DNA of 64,000 bases from Felis catus (GCF_018350175.1 NC_058383.1:5582001-5646000); one strand, 5' to 3'; positions 12,110 to 25,602 are shown, numbered from the stretch's first letter. Translations and numbers: made by a program. Notes: generated by a model not told the origin, from the letters alone.

Positions 12110-14503
12110 GTAAGTTTTTAGTGGAAATTCAAGGTCAAGCGTTCAAAACGTGACACCCAAGTGTTTTTGACAGATAGAAATGCCGGATGAGGGACTGCTT
12201 TCACTTCTGTCCCCCGTTTTAAAAACTTTACAATGTGCTAAGTCATTACCTTTTGAAAACAGTCCTGACGGACACTTACGTCAGTGTTGTTTTTACACTC
12301 CATCCCTATGCTGAGCTGTTCACATGCATTTCATCTAATCATATTTGTCCACACTTTCTATATGATTAAAGTAAGGCTCACGGAGATTGAGAAAATGTTA
12401 TTCATCAAGGATATGCCAGAGCCAGAGTTTGGATCTCCAGCATCCCCTTCCCGAGAGCTTGAGGTCTTGACCTCAGCTAGGCAGTTTGAAACACTTTTCC
12501 CCAGTGAGGTAATCATCGTACCTGTAGAGTACCCGTGACCTGCCAGGCTTTTAAAATAGTGAATGTATGTGCCGTTTAGATTTTTAAATAGATGATTTTT
12601 TTAACCCAAAATTAATAGCCTCACTTCTTCGCATGGCAGCATTACTGAGATTTATAAGTTGGAAAAACTGTGTTTGTGCAGTTTGTGCATAAAAGCCGCA
12701 CAAACACGGTTTTTATGAATACTAATTTTTATGTGAAAAGTTCCTGTAAACATGTTTTTTTAAAAAACTGGGTTTTGATTGATTTCTTTGCATCGCCTCA
12801 GTTTTCAGAACGTGAAAACATTAAGATCGGGCACGGAAAGGTGGGAGTACATCGAGATAAACCCCCAGTTCGTTCAGACAGTATTTTCAGCCGGCAAAAT
12901 TAAAACGGGCAGTAACCATTGTGGATTTTTGTTCTAATTCCAAAGTGTGATTTGAATATTCCTCTTGTTGGCAGTGGTAGTTAATTACAAAGAAAAATTA
13001 ATAAACTTGATATATTAGCTTTCATTGGATTATATCAGAGTAGCCCCCAGTCTCAGCGACTGCTGAGAGCAGAGTGGTTCTCACTGATCTTGTACGTCAG
13101 CTCTGTTCCAGGCTGTGTTCAGCTTCACTCTAGGATCGGTGTATTTTATATTCTCTGTAGGTGCTGGGAGGGGGAGGATGTATATTCTGGTACATTCTGT
13201 GCAAGTGTATCTGTATAGGTCTTCTGGGTCAAGCATATGAGGTGGTTCAAATCTCCTGCATCCTTCTGATTTGGGGGGACATTGATAGAGGAGTCTGAGT
13301 CTGTTTTCTATCGGTTATTAAGAGGCACAGTAGAATCTGCTCTGATTACAGATTTTCCTTATAATTCTAGTTGTATTTGCTTTGAATGTTGTGTCAAGGA
13401 TACAAATTTAGAATTGATGCAATGTCTTGTAATTTTAAGCTTTCATTATTATGAAGGGACTCTTCATAAGATTAAAAGCATTACTGAGGATTAAGTCTGT
13501 GCTTTACTGATATTAATATAGTTATCCCAGCCTTTTTTGGTTAGAATTTGCCTGGTTTGTCTAAGTCCTTTGGTTTACATCACCTGAAAATAGCTTATCG
13601 TTAAAATTTTGTTAATCTGTCAGTCTTGATCACTTACCATGGAACATGTGGTCCGTTTATGTTTATTGCATTTATGAGATAGTTGGAATTTTTATGTACC
13701 TATTTTGTATTATTTTTCCTACCTACTTGTTTCAATTTTTCTGTTTTGCTTTTCTGCTAACCTTCTTCTGGATTCTTGGTGGGTTTTTTTGGGGGGGTGG
13801 GGGTGGTGGTTGGTTCAGTTTTTCGCACCTACTAGTTTGGATTTTAGATACTGTTCTTAGTTTTTGGTACGATGACACTGGAAGTTACAATATGCATATG
13901 TAATTTGACTAAGTCTAAAATTAATATTTTAACCCTCCCCCAAAGAAGCTGGGACCTCATAGAGCTTTCCCTCCAGGTGAGGAAAACTGAAATCCCATTT
14001 GCTTTTTTGTCCCAAGGCCACATTTTCTCCGAACATCAAAGGTGCTTCTTTGTTGAACACCTGCTATTGGAAGACGAATTCCCACATGGATCCATGGATC
14101 CGGAGGGAGAGTTCGGTCACTGTCCTCTAGGCCTCCTTGGTAGTGAGAGCAGACATGTGATCGTGGTTATTTAGCCCGATAAACCTTTGAATGGAGGCAT
14201 GAGAACTAAGAAGATGAAGTACTCGATGACATTCCTGATTATTTTATTGCATTTACGTTTTGTTTTATCTCAACGTTATCAGTCATAATGTTTATGACCC
14301 TCGGTTATTACAACATGAGAACTGCTCCTTTTAGTCTGGCTCAGGCTAACTGATGTGACGGGTGATTCTTGTGCGGACAGCGTTTGAGAAGCTCTATGGT
14401 CTAGTGTCTCTGTGTGAGGAGACAAGTCTGCAGTCAGAGTTGTAGTTTTCTGAGACACTCTATGGTGGTTCTTTTGGGTCCCTAAGCTCTTGGTATTTTT
14501 TCT

Positions 14504-14748
14504 TTTTTTTTTTTTTTATTTATTTTTTATTTTTTATTTATTTTTCAACGTTTATTTATTTTTGGGACAGAGAGAGACAGAGCATGAACGGGGGAGGGGC
14601 AGAGAGAGAGGGAGACACAGAATCGGAAACCGGCTCCAGGCTCTGAGCCATCAGCCCAGAGCCCGACGCGGGGCTCGAACTCACGGACCGCGAGATCGTG
14701 ACCTGGCTGAAGTCGGACGCTTAACCGACTGCGCCACCCAGGCGCCCC
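14504..14748 (-). mobile_element. CanSINE, young SINEC_Fc-like
   Basis: CpG-intact consensus-like body; TSD ggtattttttct. Confidence 0.93.
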
Positions 14749-14863
14749 GGTATTTTTTCTAAATAGCAATCAAAACACTCTTCCTGATCAAACACAACAA
14801 AAATGTGGCAGGGAGCATATCTACTTGAAATACCACAATTCTCGTAATTATAAAACTATCTCA

Positions 14864-15016
14864 GGGCGCCTGGGTGGCTCAGTCGATTAAGTGTCTGTCC
14901 CTTGGTTTCTGGCCCAGGTCATGATCTCGCGGATTGTGGGTTCGAGCCCCCCGTCAGGCTCTGTGCTGACAGTGTGGAGCCTGCTTGGGGTTTTCTCTCT
15001 CTCCCTCTCTGCCCCG
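14864..15016 (+). mobile_element. CanSINE (3'-truncated)
   Basis: Head present, tail missing. Confidence 0.8.
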
Positions 15017-15307
15017 TCTATTCCTGGAAGTTTTATTAGACATTATTGTTTTTCCTGGAATGGTAAAAGCTTCTGGATGCTCACCTTTTGTTGTCTTCTA
15101 AACGGTTCAGGCGATGGGTTTAGTTTTAGTGCTATTCTAATTCATTTTTTCACCAAGCTGCTTGTTCTTTTTGGGAGTAGTAGCTTAACCTACTTTATAA
15201 AGAAACTGAAACATTACAAAGCACACAAACAGCTCCTTTACAATTACTATAAAAAAGTCAGAGTTGACAAGATTCAAGAGTATTCTTTGTATCTTTGTCA
15301 TTATACA

Positions 15308-15521
15308 TTTTTTAAAATGTTTATTTTTGAGAGAAAGAGAGAGCGTGAGTGAGCATGAGCAGGGGAGGGAAAGAGAGAGAGAGGAGACACAGAATCTGAA
15401 GCAGGCTCCAGGCTCCAAGCTGTCAGCACAGAGCCTGACGCGGGGCTCAAACCCATGAACTGTGAGATCATGGCCTGAGCCAAAGTCGGACGCTGAATCG
15501 ACTGAGCCACCCAGGTGCCCC
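15308..15521 (-). mobile_element. CanSINE
   Basis: Antisense head, (GA)n and T-tract. Confidence 0.9.
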
Positions 15522-15974
15522 TTATGTAAATATAATAAATACATGCTTTTTGTTAACATTCTTTTTGTATGGTTTTTACCCAGGACATTTAGGTCTCACA
15601 TTTAAATGCATATTCTCCACGTACTTATTAGACTGAGTATGTAGAGAATATTAACTTACCTAAAGTTGTACTGGTTTCCGTATTTTGGGGTGAGGATTAT
15701 GCATATAGCCCTCCACAATTAACAAATAAAACTTTTTTTTTTTTAATTGTGTACACCCATTCAACAAATACGACTCCTTGAAACATTTTATGTGAACCTC
15801 CTAAGTCGTCATGGGAGAATGTTCACTCCTGTAGCTAGATGTTTGGAAAGAGCTCCTCACCCCCACCAACAGCTTTCATTGGTGGTGCAGAGCTAATAGC
15901 TATTTTTAATTTAAGTGCACTGCCCAGCGGTACATTGATCAACAACAAAGCCTTAAAAGCAATCATTGTTTCTC

Positions 15975-16540
15975 AAAAAATTACAAGAGTTACCATACGA
16001 CCCAGCAGTTTCACTTGGAGGGACATATATCCAAAATCATGGAAAGCAGCATCTCAAAGAGATGTTCACACGCCCCTGTTTATAGCGGCATGATTCGCAG
16101 TAGCCAAAAGGTAGAAGCAGTTCCAGAGTCCATTGGTGGATGAGTAAGTAAACAAAATCGAGTCTATACCGTGGAGTATTACTGAGTCTTAAAAAGGAAG
16201 GAAATGCTAACACCTCCAACATGGATGAACCTTGAGGGCATGATCAGTGAGATAAGCCAAACCACTGGAGGAGGATCCTGCGTGGCCCCACCTATGAAGC
16301 ATCTACAGCAGTCAGACTCACAGGGACCGAGAGTGGGATGGTGGTTGCCGGGGACTGAGTTGGGAGAGATGGGGAGTGTGCTTAATGGGGACACAGTCTC
16401 AGGTTGGGAAGATGAAGAGTTCTGGAGAAGGACGGTGGTGACGGTGGCACCGCAGCGTGAATGCTCTTAATGCCCCTGAACTGTGCACTTACCAGAGGTT
16501 AACATGGTAGTGTTACGTTACCAGTTTTTACCACACACGT
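15975..16540 (+). mobile_element. L1M 3' end fragment
   Basis: gagttaccatacgacccagcagtt...atggatgaaccttgagggcat...tgaactgtgcactta, classic L1MB-type 3' end. Confidence 0.8.
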
Positions 16541-17569
16541 GCAAATCGATGACTACTTACTGTTATCTAAGGTGCCATCCCAGCTGGTCCCTGTGCTAGC
16601 AGGATGCTAGGAAGTGCTCTGAGTGCCCAGTCTCCTGTCCCAGTAGAGGCTGTTGACCCAGGGAACCCTCCACCCTGCCTAGCGGCGAGGGTCGCGTTTG
16701 TGTCATTGGACAGTTTCGGGCTCATCACCTCTGGGCCCTGCTAAGCTTCAGAGGGAGCGGGGTCACCAGCTCTGAAGTCCGCCTGCCCAGGCTCAGTGTG
16801 TGCAGTGGCTCCGTGGCAGGAATGGTCAGGTAGCATCATCCCGGTGAACCAGAGAGGGCACCCACCTGCGGGGATGTCCCCCCGACACACCAAAGCCTCG
16901 CTTCAGTACTGAGCCCTGCTCCCGGCCTGGATGCCCCACAGCCCTCCCAGAAATAGGCCATCCAGAGCAGAGGGGCGTCACCTGAAGCAAAACCGCCCAC
17001 TGGCAAGGATCCAGAGGACAGAGGGTAATAGCTTGGGCTTGGTCATAAGCAGCTGCGGCCACAGTGAAAGGAGCCACTATCTTCGCATGTTCTTAGTAGG
17101 TCAAGAGCTATTGAATGAACATTGGCCTTTCAGTCGTCATCGGGCGGTGATCATACGCAACGATAACATCTTTTAAATAGAAAGGAGAGGATATTTTTGC
17201 ACTTAAGTCATTCTGGTGATGTGGAATTACCGGTCTGTTGTTGAAAAAGCACTTTATCTTAGACTTTTTATGAAAGAAAACGAAGAGAGAGCAGGTCTGG
17301 TAGCTGGACTGTAGCCACCAGTTTGGAACGCTCATGGTGCCGTGCTCAGGGAAGGAGCGATGATTGCGGGGTGCCGTCTCCGGCTTTCTGCCGTGGAAGG
17401 TGCACACCGCTCGCTCGTGAGTGTCCAGGCATGGAGATTGCTTTTGGATAGGGACCGCTCACTCAACAGAAGCGTACCAGGCACCAGCTGGGTACGAGGA
17501 GCTGTGCCCGGCGCCCTGGGGAACACAGGCGGGTCACCCGGGTCCCTGTGTTTCCTACCTGGAGAGCCA

Positions 17570-17760
17570 GGCTGGCCCGCCTTCGGGTGCTCATCCTGCC
17601 ACTCGTGTGTCACTCTGGAAAGTTACCTGACCTCTTTAAGTCCCAGTTTAGGCCTCTGTAAAATGGGGATAATGCCACCTACCCTGCCACCTACCCTGAC
17701 CGTTAATAAGCTGGTAAAGTAAGTTTTGGAGCACATGGTAAGTACTCAAGACATAGGAGC
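17570..17760 (+). mobile_element. MIR
   Basis: MIR core ctgtaaaatggggataat. Confidence 0.65.
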
Positions 17761-17849
17761 TCTTTCTATTCATATTTAGTTACTTAAATGGATCGCAGTT
17801 AGTGATTGAGTAAAGGTCTGAGTAGTGTGTATTGGAGTATGGCAGTTCT

Positions 17850-17961
17850 GGGCACCTGGCTGGCTCAGTCGGGAGAGCATGCAACTCCTGATCTCAGGGC
17901 CATGAGTTCAAACCCCACATTGGGTGTAGAGATTACTTTTACAAAAAAAAAAAAAAAAAAA
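17850..17961 (+). mobile_element. Short/old CanSINE
   Basis: gggcacctggctggctcagtc...gggtgtagagattact plus poly-A. Confidence 0.8.
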
Positions 17962-20900
17962 GGAGAAGTATAGCAGTTCTAACTGGGATCATTGGAGAAG
18001 GCTGACTTTGGAGAAGGAGTTTGCTCAGCACGCAAGAGCAGTTGGATAGACCTCCTAGCGGGAACAGCCCCTCAGTCGTTGTCCCCCTCGGGAGCCGGGG
18101 GGGGGGGGGGGAAGGGGGGACACGCACGTCCTGGTGAGAGAGGCAGGCTGACCTCTGCTGGAAAAGATGAGCTGAAAGGGTGAAAAGCAGAGACAGGCCA
18201 CTCTGGAGCCCAGACCGAGGGCCGAGGTGGCAGAGAGAGGAGTGCAGGTTACACGTTGCTCTGTCTTAATCTTTCTGAAGATTCATCCGTTTCTTTGACT
18301 CTTGTCACCTGACTCCGAAGCAAGAGACAGTATTTTCTTTGCGAGGGAGCGTTCTTTTTGGCTTTCTGATCGCCGATAAAGCAGAGGACGAGTTTCTGAA
18401 AGGAATTAGCAGTAGCCACATGAGAATGGGAAAGAAGTCCGTTTGGGGTTCTCGATGCGCTGCATGTTCCTCTGTGGGGCTTGCTTTAGTCCGCCTCTTG
18501 TCAGGAGTCAGGGCCGCTTAGAATCATGGGCTCTCAGAGCCGAAGGAACCTTGGCCATGCCCACCAAGAGGCCTAAGGAAGGGATAGCTCTAGCCGTTCT
18601 GTGCCGGACCTTGTGCTGGGGACGGGGTATCCGTTACTCACTTCGTGGGTGTTGAGAGTCCTTGTGAGGTGGGTTGGCAGGAGCTCCATTTTACAGATAG
18701 GGAAACCGAGGCTGAGGGAGATGAAGGTGCTCATTGAAGCGCCAAACCCAGGCTTCAGCACCAGGCTTTCTGTTCTTCTTTATTTGGTTAATTGGCTTGC
18801 CTCAGGTCACATGATTACCAGTGGCAAAGTAGGGATTTTAATTTATGGCTTAACGTTATTCTGTGTGTTTCTATACCACGTGGTTTAACGGCTGTACATG
18901 TTTTTTCCACCAGAGGGGAACCTGCACTTTAGAACTGTCCTTTCGTACAGAAGATGCCTAGTTAATGGGCTTAGTCTAATGTCTTAGTTACAAATGTGTT
19001 CATCAAGTAAGCCCATGCACGGGGAGCCTTCTAGGTGCTGGGCAGACAAAGATGAATGACATGTCCCTGCTCCCACAGAGCTCATGAAGAAGAGAGGGTG
19101 TGGGGTAACAGTGGAACAGAGGCGTGTGTGACAGGGCCCCTGGCCAGAGGCAGCAGAGAGGACGACGATGCAGCATGATCAGGCTTGACAGCGAGGGTGT
19201 CCCCGGGCCCTGCTGGTGGCCTTTCCCTTCCTCACGCCTGGCTGCCGCCCTGGGCTTTGGTGAAAGTAGGCCTTGCCCGGGACTTGGCGATGGGTTGGAC
19301 GTCTAGAGACAGAGCGGACTCGAGGACGAGGCCTTCGGTTTTGGTCTCACCCACCGGGAGGATGGCGATGCCATTTCCCGAGACGGAGCAGGTTGTCCGA
19401 GGTCTGCATCAGACCAGCTCGACTCGAGGTGCCTCGGAAGGCATCCAGGAGAGGGCGTCAAGTCAGCAGTTGGGAAGATGAGTCTGGGGCTTGGGAGGAA
19501 AGCCTCAGGAGGGCTTTGAGCCTGAGAAGTGCATTAGAGATGATTTTTAAAGCCTTGGGGTGGGTAGAGTCGCCCGAGAATGAGTGTCCGCAGTGGCAGG
19601 ATGGATGGAGCCCTGGGCTGTGCCAACACTTGCTGATGAGCAAGGGGAGGAGGGGCCAGCACAGGGGCCTGGAAAAGTCATGCCAGTGAGCTAGGAGGAG
19701 ACCGGGAGGCGGGGGGGAGGGGGGAGGGATGGCTCTACCCTGGCAGTGCTGGTGAGGGGCGGGGGGGGGGGGCGGGCGGGCAGCAGCGGTGGAGCGTGGG
19801 GGAGGCGTGGGGACGTGGGGACGGGGTCATGAGGGAGTGGGATCCCGGGAGGTGGGCCAGCCGGTGCAGGCCAGGCTTCAGAGTGCACGTGTGCGAAGGG
19901 GGAAGGGGAGAAGGGGGAATGGGACGGCCGGGGCAGGAGGAGTGTGGAGGCAGAGGGAGGCTCGTTTGGTTCCTGGTTGGACCGACCTGAGGGGTGTCTG
20001 AGCGTGTGAGCACAGGGGTGAGTAATCCGTAACAACGGCACTTGGTGCGTCAGGGGATGGACGCTGGCACGTGAGGGCTCGGGGCCGAGGAAGCAGCCTC
20101 CGGCGGGCGGGGACACGGCCGGACGGGTACTGGGGCGTTGGCTTCATGTGGACATTTCCTTCTGTCAGCGGGGGCCGAGTATGTGGCTGTTTATGCCGGT
20201 CTTGTACCCTTTCATTCCAGTTTCGTTTAAAAATCATAAATTCTCCCCCACAGTCCTCCTGTTAAAAGTATAAGAGACTGTAATTTTCCACTCCTAGAAC
20301 TCCTCGCTGGTTGCGTTTTCACATTGTGATGAAATGAATTCATCGTTCCCGGTGCCCCGAAGAAAGCTGCGTATGCCCTCCTGGTGGCCCGGGCTGGAAT
20401 TTAAGAGGACACTAGTGCGCCTCTGTCTGAAGGTCTGCGGGCCGCTCGGTGCGGTGCGTGAAGTCCTTCCCGGCCCCGGCTCCGCGCAGTCCTGAGTGCG
20501 GCGCTTTGCTGCCACCTAGTGTCACACGTCCTTCTTTTCCAGGCTTTCTGGGAGGGTTTGGGGGAGGATCTGAGAAATTTTTAAGACTTGGATAAAGGGA
20601 ACGATTTTAATTCAGAATATATTGCTGTTCTTGGTGGGTTTTTCTTTAAATAAGGGACCAAAGTAATAATCCCTGTCTGCTCACCAAGTACCACGCAAAC
20701 ATAAATAAAGTAAACCTGGCGCCTCAATACGGTTTTGTCTGTTTTGGATAGAATGAATCCAGTTTTGGTATTTATTTAATAGAAACATTTTTACCGTAAT
20801 TAAAGATTTTACGCTGATTTTTCTTCTCAATGGTGGCACCAGGAGAGCCGACGGTCTTTCTAGAACATAGAACCAACCCTGGGTCCTGCACAAACCACCG

Positions 20901-21177
20901 CGAGTCCCATCGGGCTCCTCCGTAATCATTGGTGTCAGCTCCTCACCCAGCTTAGAGGTGTGTTTGCCAGCGTTTTGCTAACTGCTGACTTTGTCCCCCG
21001 GGCTGGGGGTTGGGGGCTGGGGGTTGGGGTCGGGAGAGGCCAAGCTGGAAACATTAGGGGTGGTAACATTCTTAAGCAAAATCCCCTTGTGCTTGTTATG
21101 CATCTTCTGGTGAGATTTGGGGAGTGAATTACTGCGGAGAGAAGACACCTTGAGCACAGTGGATGGTGATGAATATC

Positions 21178-21508
21178 CAGCTGCCGCTTGAACAACATGG
21201 GTTTGAGCCGGGCGGGTCCCACACGTAGAGTTTTCCCGACAAATACAGGCCAGTGCTGTAAATATATTTTCTCTTCCTTATCATTTTCTCCACACTTTCT
21301 TTTTTCTGGCCTACTTTATTATAAGCACATAGTCTATAATATATGCCACATAAAAATATGTGTTAAGCAACTCTTTGTTATCAGTAAGGCTTCTGGTCAA
21401 CCACATGGTTGCTAGTGGTTGAGTTTTTGGAAAGTCTGAAGTTCTGTGTGGATTTTCCACCGCTCGGGGGTCGGTGCCCCAACCCCGTCATTGTTCAGGG
21501 CTGAACTG
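21178..21508. mobile_element. Tigger2-family (TcMar) non-autonomous DNA transposon
   Basis: Degenerate terminal inverted repeats cagctgccgcttgaacaac ... attgttcagggctgaactg, resembling Tigger2 CAGTTGACCCTTGAACAAC. Confidence 0.75.
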
Positions 21509-21944
21509 CACTTTAGATAACCTTGAAAAATAACTCCACCCACTCTGCCATTCTCCCTTCGTGGCCAGAGTCACTTGTGAAGTGTTCACTGTTTGCCAGC
21601 AGCTTCTGTTTGTTTTGAGAATTGGCCAGATACAGCACAGCATAATGCTACTTTTGTGTGAGGGTGGTTTTTTCTTAGATGGATATTGCAGGAAAGGGGT
21701 TGGACAAATGGATTTAAGTTGCCATTTCACTGGTAATGTAAATAAAAAGCTGTTCATTTTCATATTTAGTTTCCATGTGGGCCACCTTATGAAAATCTCA
21801 TTAGCCTGTAGGCCTGGAGCTTTTTGCTGGTCTTAGTCTGGATTAATGTATTTGTCATGAGACTCTGTCTTTATTCCCACCCACTCCAACACCGGGTAGA
21901 GCCTAGCCTGGGGGAAGGTGGGGTGGGGGTGGGAAGGGGCATGT

Positions 21945-22118
21945 ATTTTTATTTTTGAGAGAGAGCATGCACAAATGGAGGAGGGACAGAGAGAGAGGGA
22001 GACAGAATCTGAAGCAGGCTCCATGCTGTCAGTGCAAAGCCCGACGCGGGCCTCAAACGAGATCATGACCTCAGCCGAAGTCGAATCCTTAACCCATCTA
22101 GTCTCCCAGGCTCTCTGG
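21945..22118 (-). mobile_element. CanSINE
   Basis: Antisense CanSINE body. Confidence 0.8.
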
Positions 22119-23005
22119 GACATGTGTTATTCAAAGGCAAGAAGGGTCTCTTCCTCTCCTAGAGCGGCTTGTGATTCCAGCATCACGTCTGGGAGGAAAT
22201 AAGAGGTAGGACATACGGGTCCTGAGGGCACGAAACTGCTTCCCTGGCAGAGCAGTCCCATTAAGTTTGGGGGGATCCGACAAATGCATGTGGCTGACAT
22301 GAAGTTATTTTACATTCATTCTTATAAAGTAAATTGATTTGATCTGCAACCCTAAGTGGATTTTCTTGACAGGTTGGTAAAACTAAACAGTAGAGCTACA
22401 GCCCCACCGTTTATTGGCTGTGGCCTCGTGGAGATTTCTTAACCTCCTTGAGCCTCAGTTCCACAGCCAGGAAATGTTTCAAATTGCAGGAATTATTCGA
22501 GGCAGCAGGTGTAGACACTCCCAGCACAGTGCTTGGCACACTGCTCAGAAGTTCCGATGGCAGTAATTATTAATTTCAACATTATCATTCACATAAAAAC
22601 CACTGAGACCGGGAACGAAAGCCTTTAGATGTTGCAGCGGGCCTAGAATTTACATTGCGGTGTGCAGTTAAAGGTAGGCAAACGTTTGTCATGGAATATT
22701 GTGTTCTAAGGTTTTATTCTGGGTAGAATTGGATAAATTTGCTCTTTCCTGACAGTTGCAAGAAATGCATTCTGTTCTTTAGTTGGTTACCTTCCTCAGG
22801 AGTCGTTACTTGACCCAGGTATAATGACAATCGAAAGCTATTGGCTTGCTTTCTAAATTTTGTTAACTGTTTATATAAAGCTTTAGTTGGGAATTAAGTC
22901 CGATCAATAAATATTTACTCGTGATGATAAGGAGAATGTGGAAGATTTTATTTCCTTAAACGTGTATTCCCCAAAACATACAGTCCTAAATTTAAGTCCT
23001 GAAAG

Positions 23006-23217
23006 AGGGATGCCTGCCTGGGGGCTCAGTCTGTTAAGTGTCTGATTTTGGCTCAGGTCATGATCTGGCAGTTTGTGAGTTCGAGCCCCACGTCAGGCTC
23101 TGTGCTGACACCTCAGAGCCTGGAGCCTGTTTCAGATTCTCTGTGCGTCTCTCTGCCCCTCCCTTGGTCATACTCTTGTCTCTCTCTGTCTGTCTCTCTC
23201 AAAAATAAACATTAAAA
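23006..23217 (+). mobile_element. CanSINE
   Basis: Head, (CT)n and tail; TSD aagtcctgaaa. Confidence 0.85.
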
Positions 23218-24007
23218 ATTTTTTTTTAATAATAAAGTCCTGAAAAAGAGGCAGAGTAACACGGGGCAGTCCGGCAGGGATACCTGGAGGGCCTGGCGTT
23301 GCGGTTGGATGTGCCTCAGGAGGCGTCCGGTGTGAGTTTGTTCATTTTCCTGTCCACGCTGCCAGACTCTGAATAGGCTTAGTAACTTTATGCATTTTTC
23401 TGGAGGGAACATTTTCCGGAATGTTCTTTCTCCGAGCGGTCTCGGGGCCACACCGGGCCCTGGGGGAGCTGGCAGAGACTTGGCCAGCACTCAGAATGCT
23501 TTCCCCCCCTCCGCCAGCCGGTCTTCTTTCGTTCTCTCCCTCTCCGTCGCTCTCGAGTGCTCTGGCAGTAGCCTTCATGACCTGTTGTCTGGCCGTGTGT
23601 GTCGTAGAATCCTTATAGGCAGTGCACATGTGGCACCATTTATTCTACTCTCCGTATCGTCTCAGTTACGTGGAAATTTCTGTACCTCTGCACATAGTTT
23701 AGGTTGTGCATCACTGAGAAATTATCTAAGTTTTACTGTTTGGTTTTACGTGTGTTCATCTAAACTGATAGTTTATTTAAAGATAAACTAACGTTTGGTT
23801 AGAACGATCCTAAAAGATGATAGTGTTTTCTATACTTTTAAAATATTTGGGTGGAATTACTCTTTGTAACTTGGAACTTGCTCTTTAGTAAGGTCCAATC
23901 TTAGTGAGTTCTAATAAATAATAGTGGACACGGGCAGAGGCATGTGTGTGGTCGCCAGCGTGTTCGCCTCGTCCCCTCTGGAAACTGACCTGCGCTGCCT
24001 TTTGCAG

Positions 24008-24141
24008 GGTGACCTAAAAGCTTACCTGCGCAACGAGCAAGAGCACGTGAGGGGGGACTCGCAGACCATGCTGCTGCAGCGGATGGCCTGCGAGATCGCG
24101 GCGGGCCTGGCCGCCATGCACAAGCTGCACTTCCTGCACAG
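24008..24141 (+). CDS. LMTK2: LMTK2 coding exon 7
   Basis: ttttgcag|GGT... [44 protein letters not shown](S)|gtgggt; 134 nt; lies inside ORF 23924..24226. Confidence 0.96.
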
Positions 24142-24876
24142 GTGGGTCCGTCCGTCGGCGCCCCGCTCACCGCCCGGGCTGCGCCGTCCGCGTGACGGTT
24201 CCGGAGAGTACTTGGAGGGTGTGTAAGCAGAAGCTGTCCGGGACGCCCCGGGTCAGAGCGAGGGTAGAGCTGGGCTTCGGTCAGACCGGAACCGGGGAAC
24301 AGGATGTCTGCATACAGCCTGAGGTCCGGAGACCATTTCCAGAATTTCAGAGAATGTAAAAAATTGCACATTGCTCAGCCGGGGGCAGACGGCGTCCGTC
24401 TCCCCGCTGACGTCTCTCTGTGCTCCCCTGTCACGTCAGCTTCAGGCTGTGGTCCTGATTGTGCGATTTCAGGGTGGGTCCCGCTGCCCATCCCTGGGGG
24501 GGGAGGGGAGGGTCTGCTAGGCCAGCATCGTCTGTTTGTAGAGGGTCACAACAGGGGTGCCAGTGCTCTGAGAGGCCTGCCCTCCCACCTCAGCCCCCCG
24601 CCCCGGGCTGGGTTATAGGTGGTCAGGGGGTGTGCGTGAGCAGCAGTCAGTATAATGTATCTGTGCCGAAACCTTCCTGGTCCCACTTGAATAGCCGCAG
24701 CTCTTTGGAGCGCATTGTGTTTGGCTCAGACCATTGATGTAATTTTTGTAATTAATGTTTTGTAAAAAAGCGCTTTGAGTCCTATCGGAGATGATGGTTC
24801 TGTGAACCCAAAAGGAGATTGCTGCTTATTCTTCTCTAGCCTTCTGAGCTCTGATTTACGTTTAAAATATGTTTGA

Positions 24877-25328
24877 GGGGCACCTGAGTGGCCCAGTTGG
24901 TTGAGTGTCCAGCTCTTTTTTTCTTCTTTTAACTTTTTTTGAAAAGTGTTTACGTATTTATGAAAGAGAGACAGAGCATAACAGGGGAGGGGCAAAAAGA
25001 AAGACACAGAATCCGAAGCAGGCTCCAGGCTCTGAGCTGTCAGCACAGAGCCCCATGTGGGGCTCGAGCTCATGAACGGTGAGATCATGACCTGAGCCGA
25101 AGTTGGTCGCGTAACCGACTGAGCCACCCAGGCACCCCTGGTGTCCGACTCTTGATTGCGGCTCAGGTCACGATCTCGAGGTTCGTGAGTTCAAGTCCCA
25201 CATTGGGCTCCACGCTGATAGTGTGGAGCCTGCTTGGGATTCTCTGTCCCTCTCTCTTTCTCTCTCTGCCTTTCCCTGGCTCGCTCTCAAAATAAATAAA
25301 CTTTGAATATATAAATAAAAAATAAAAA
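24877..25328 (+). mobile_element. CanSINE interrupted by an antisense CanSINE (~24916-25138)
   Basis: Outer TSD aaaatatgtttga; inner TSD gtgtcc(ag/ga)ctctt. Confidence 0.88.
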
Positions 25329-25384
25329 TATGTTTGAAATTATTTCTCAGGTCTCCAGGGAAACCAGCTTCTCTTTAGTTTAGT

Positions 25385-25602
25385 TTTTTTTTTTTTTTTA
25401 CATTTTATTTATTTTTGAGAGAGAGAGAGACAGAGCACGAATCGGGGAGAGTCAGGGAGAGAGAGGGAGACATAGAATCCGAAGCAGGCTCCAGTCTCTG
25501 AGCTGTCAGCACAGACCCTGATGTGGGGCTCGAACTCACAAACCGTGAGATCATGACTTGAGCCGACGTCGGACGCTTAACCAACTGAGCCACCCAGGCG
25601 CC
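25385..25602 (-). mobile_element. CanSINE
   Basis: Antisense full-length element. Confidence 0.9.

Noticed and set aside
14070..14104. Polylinker-like cluster (GAAGAC, GAATTC, GGATCC-CCATGG-GGATCC palindrome, TCCGGA)
   Set aside because: Mostly explained by a simple CATGGATC tandem duplication; no vector sequence nearby
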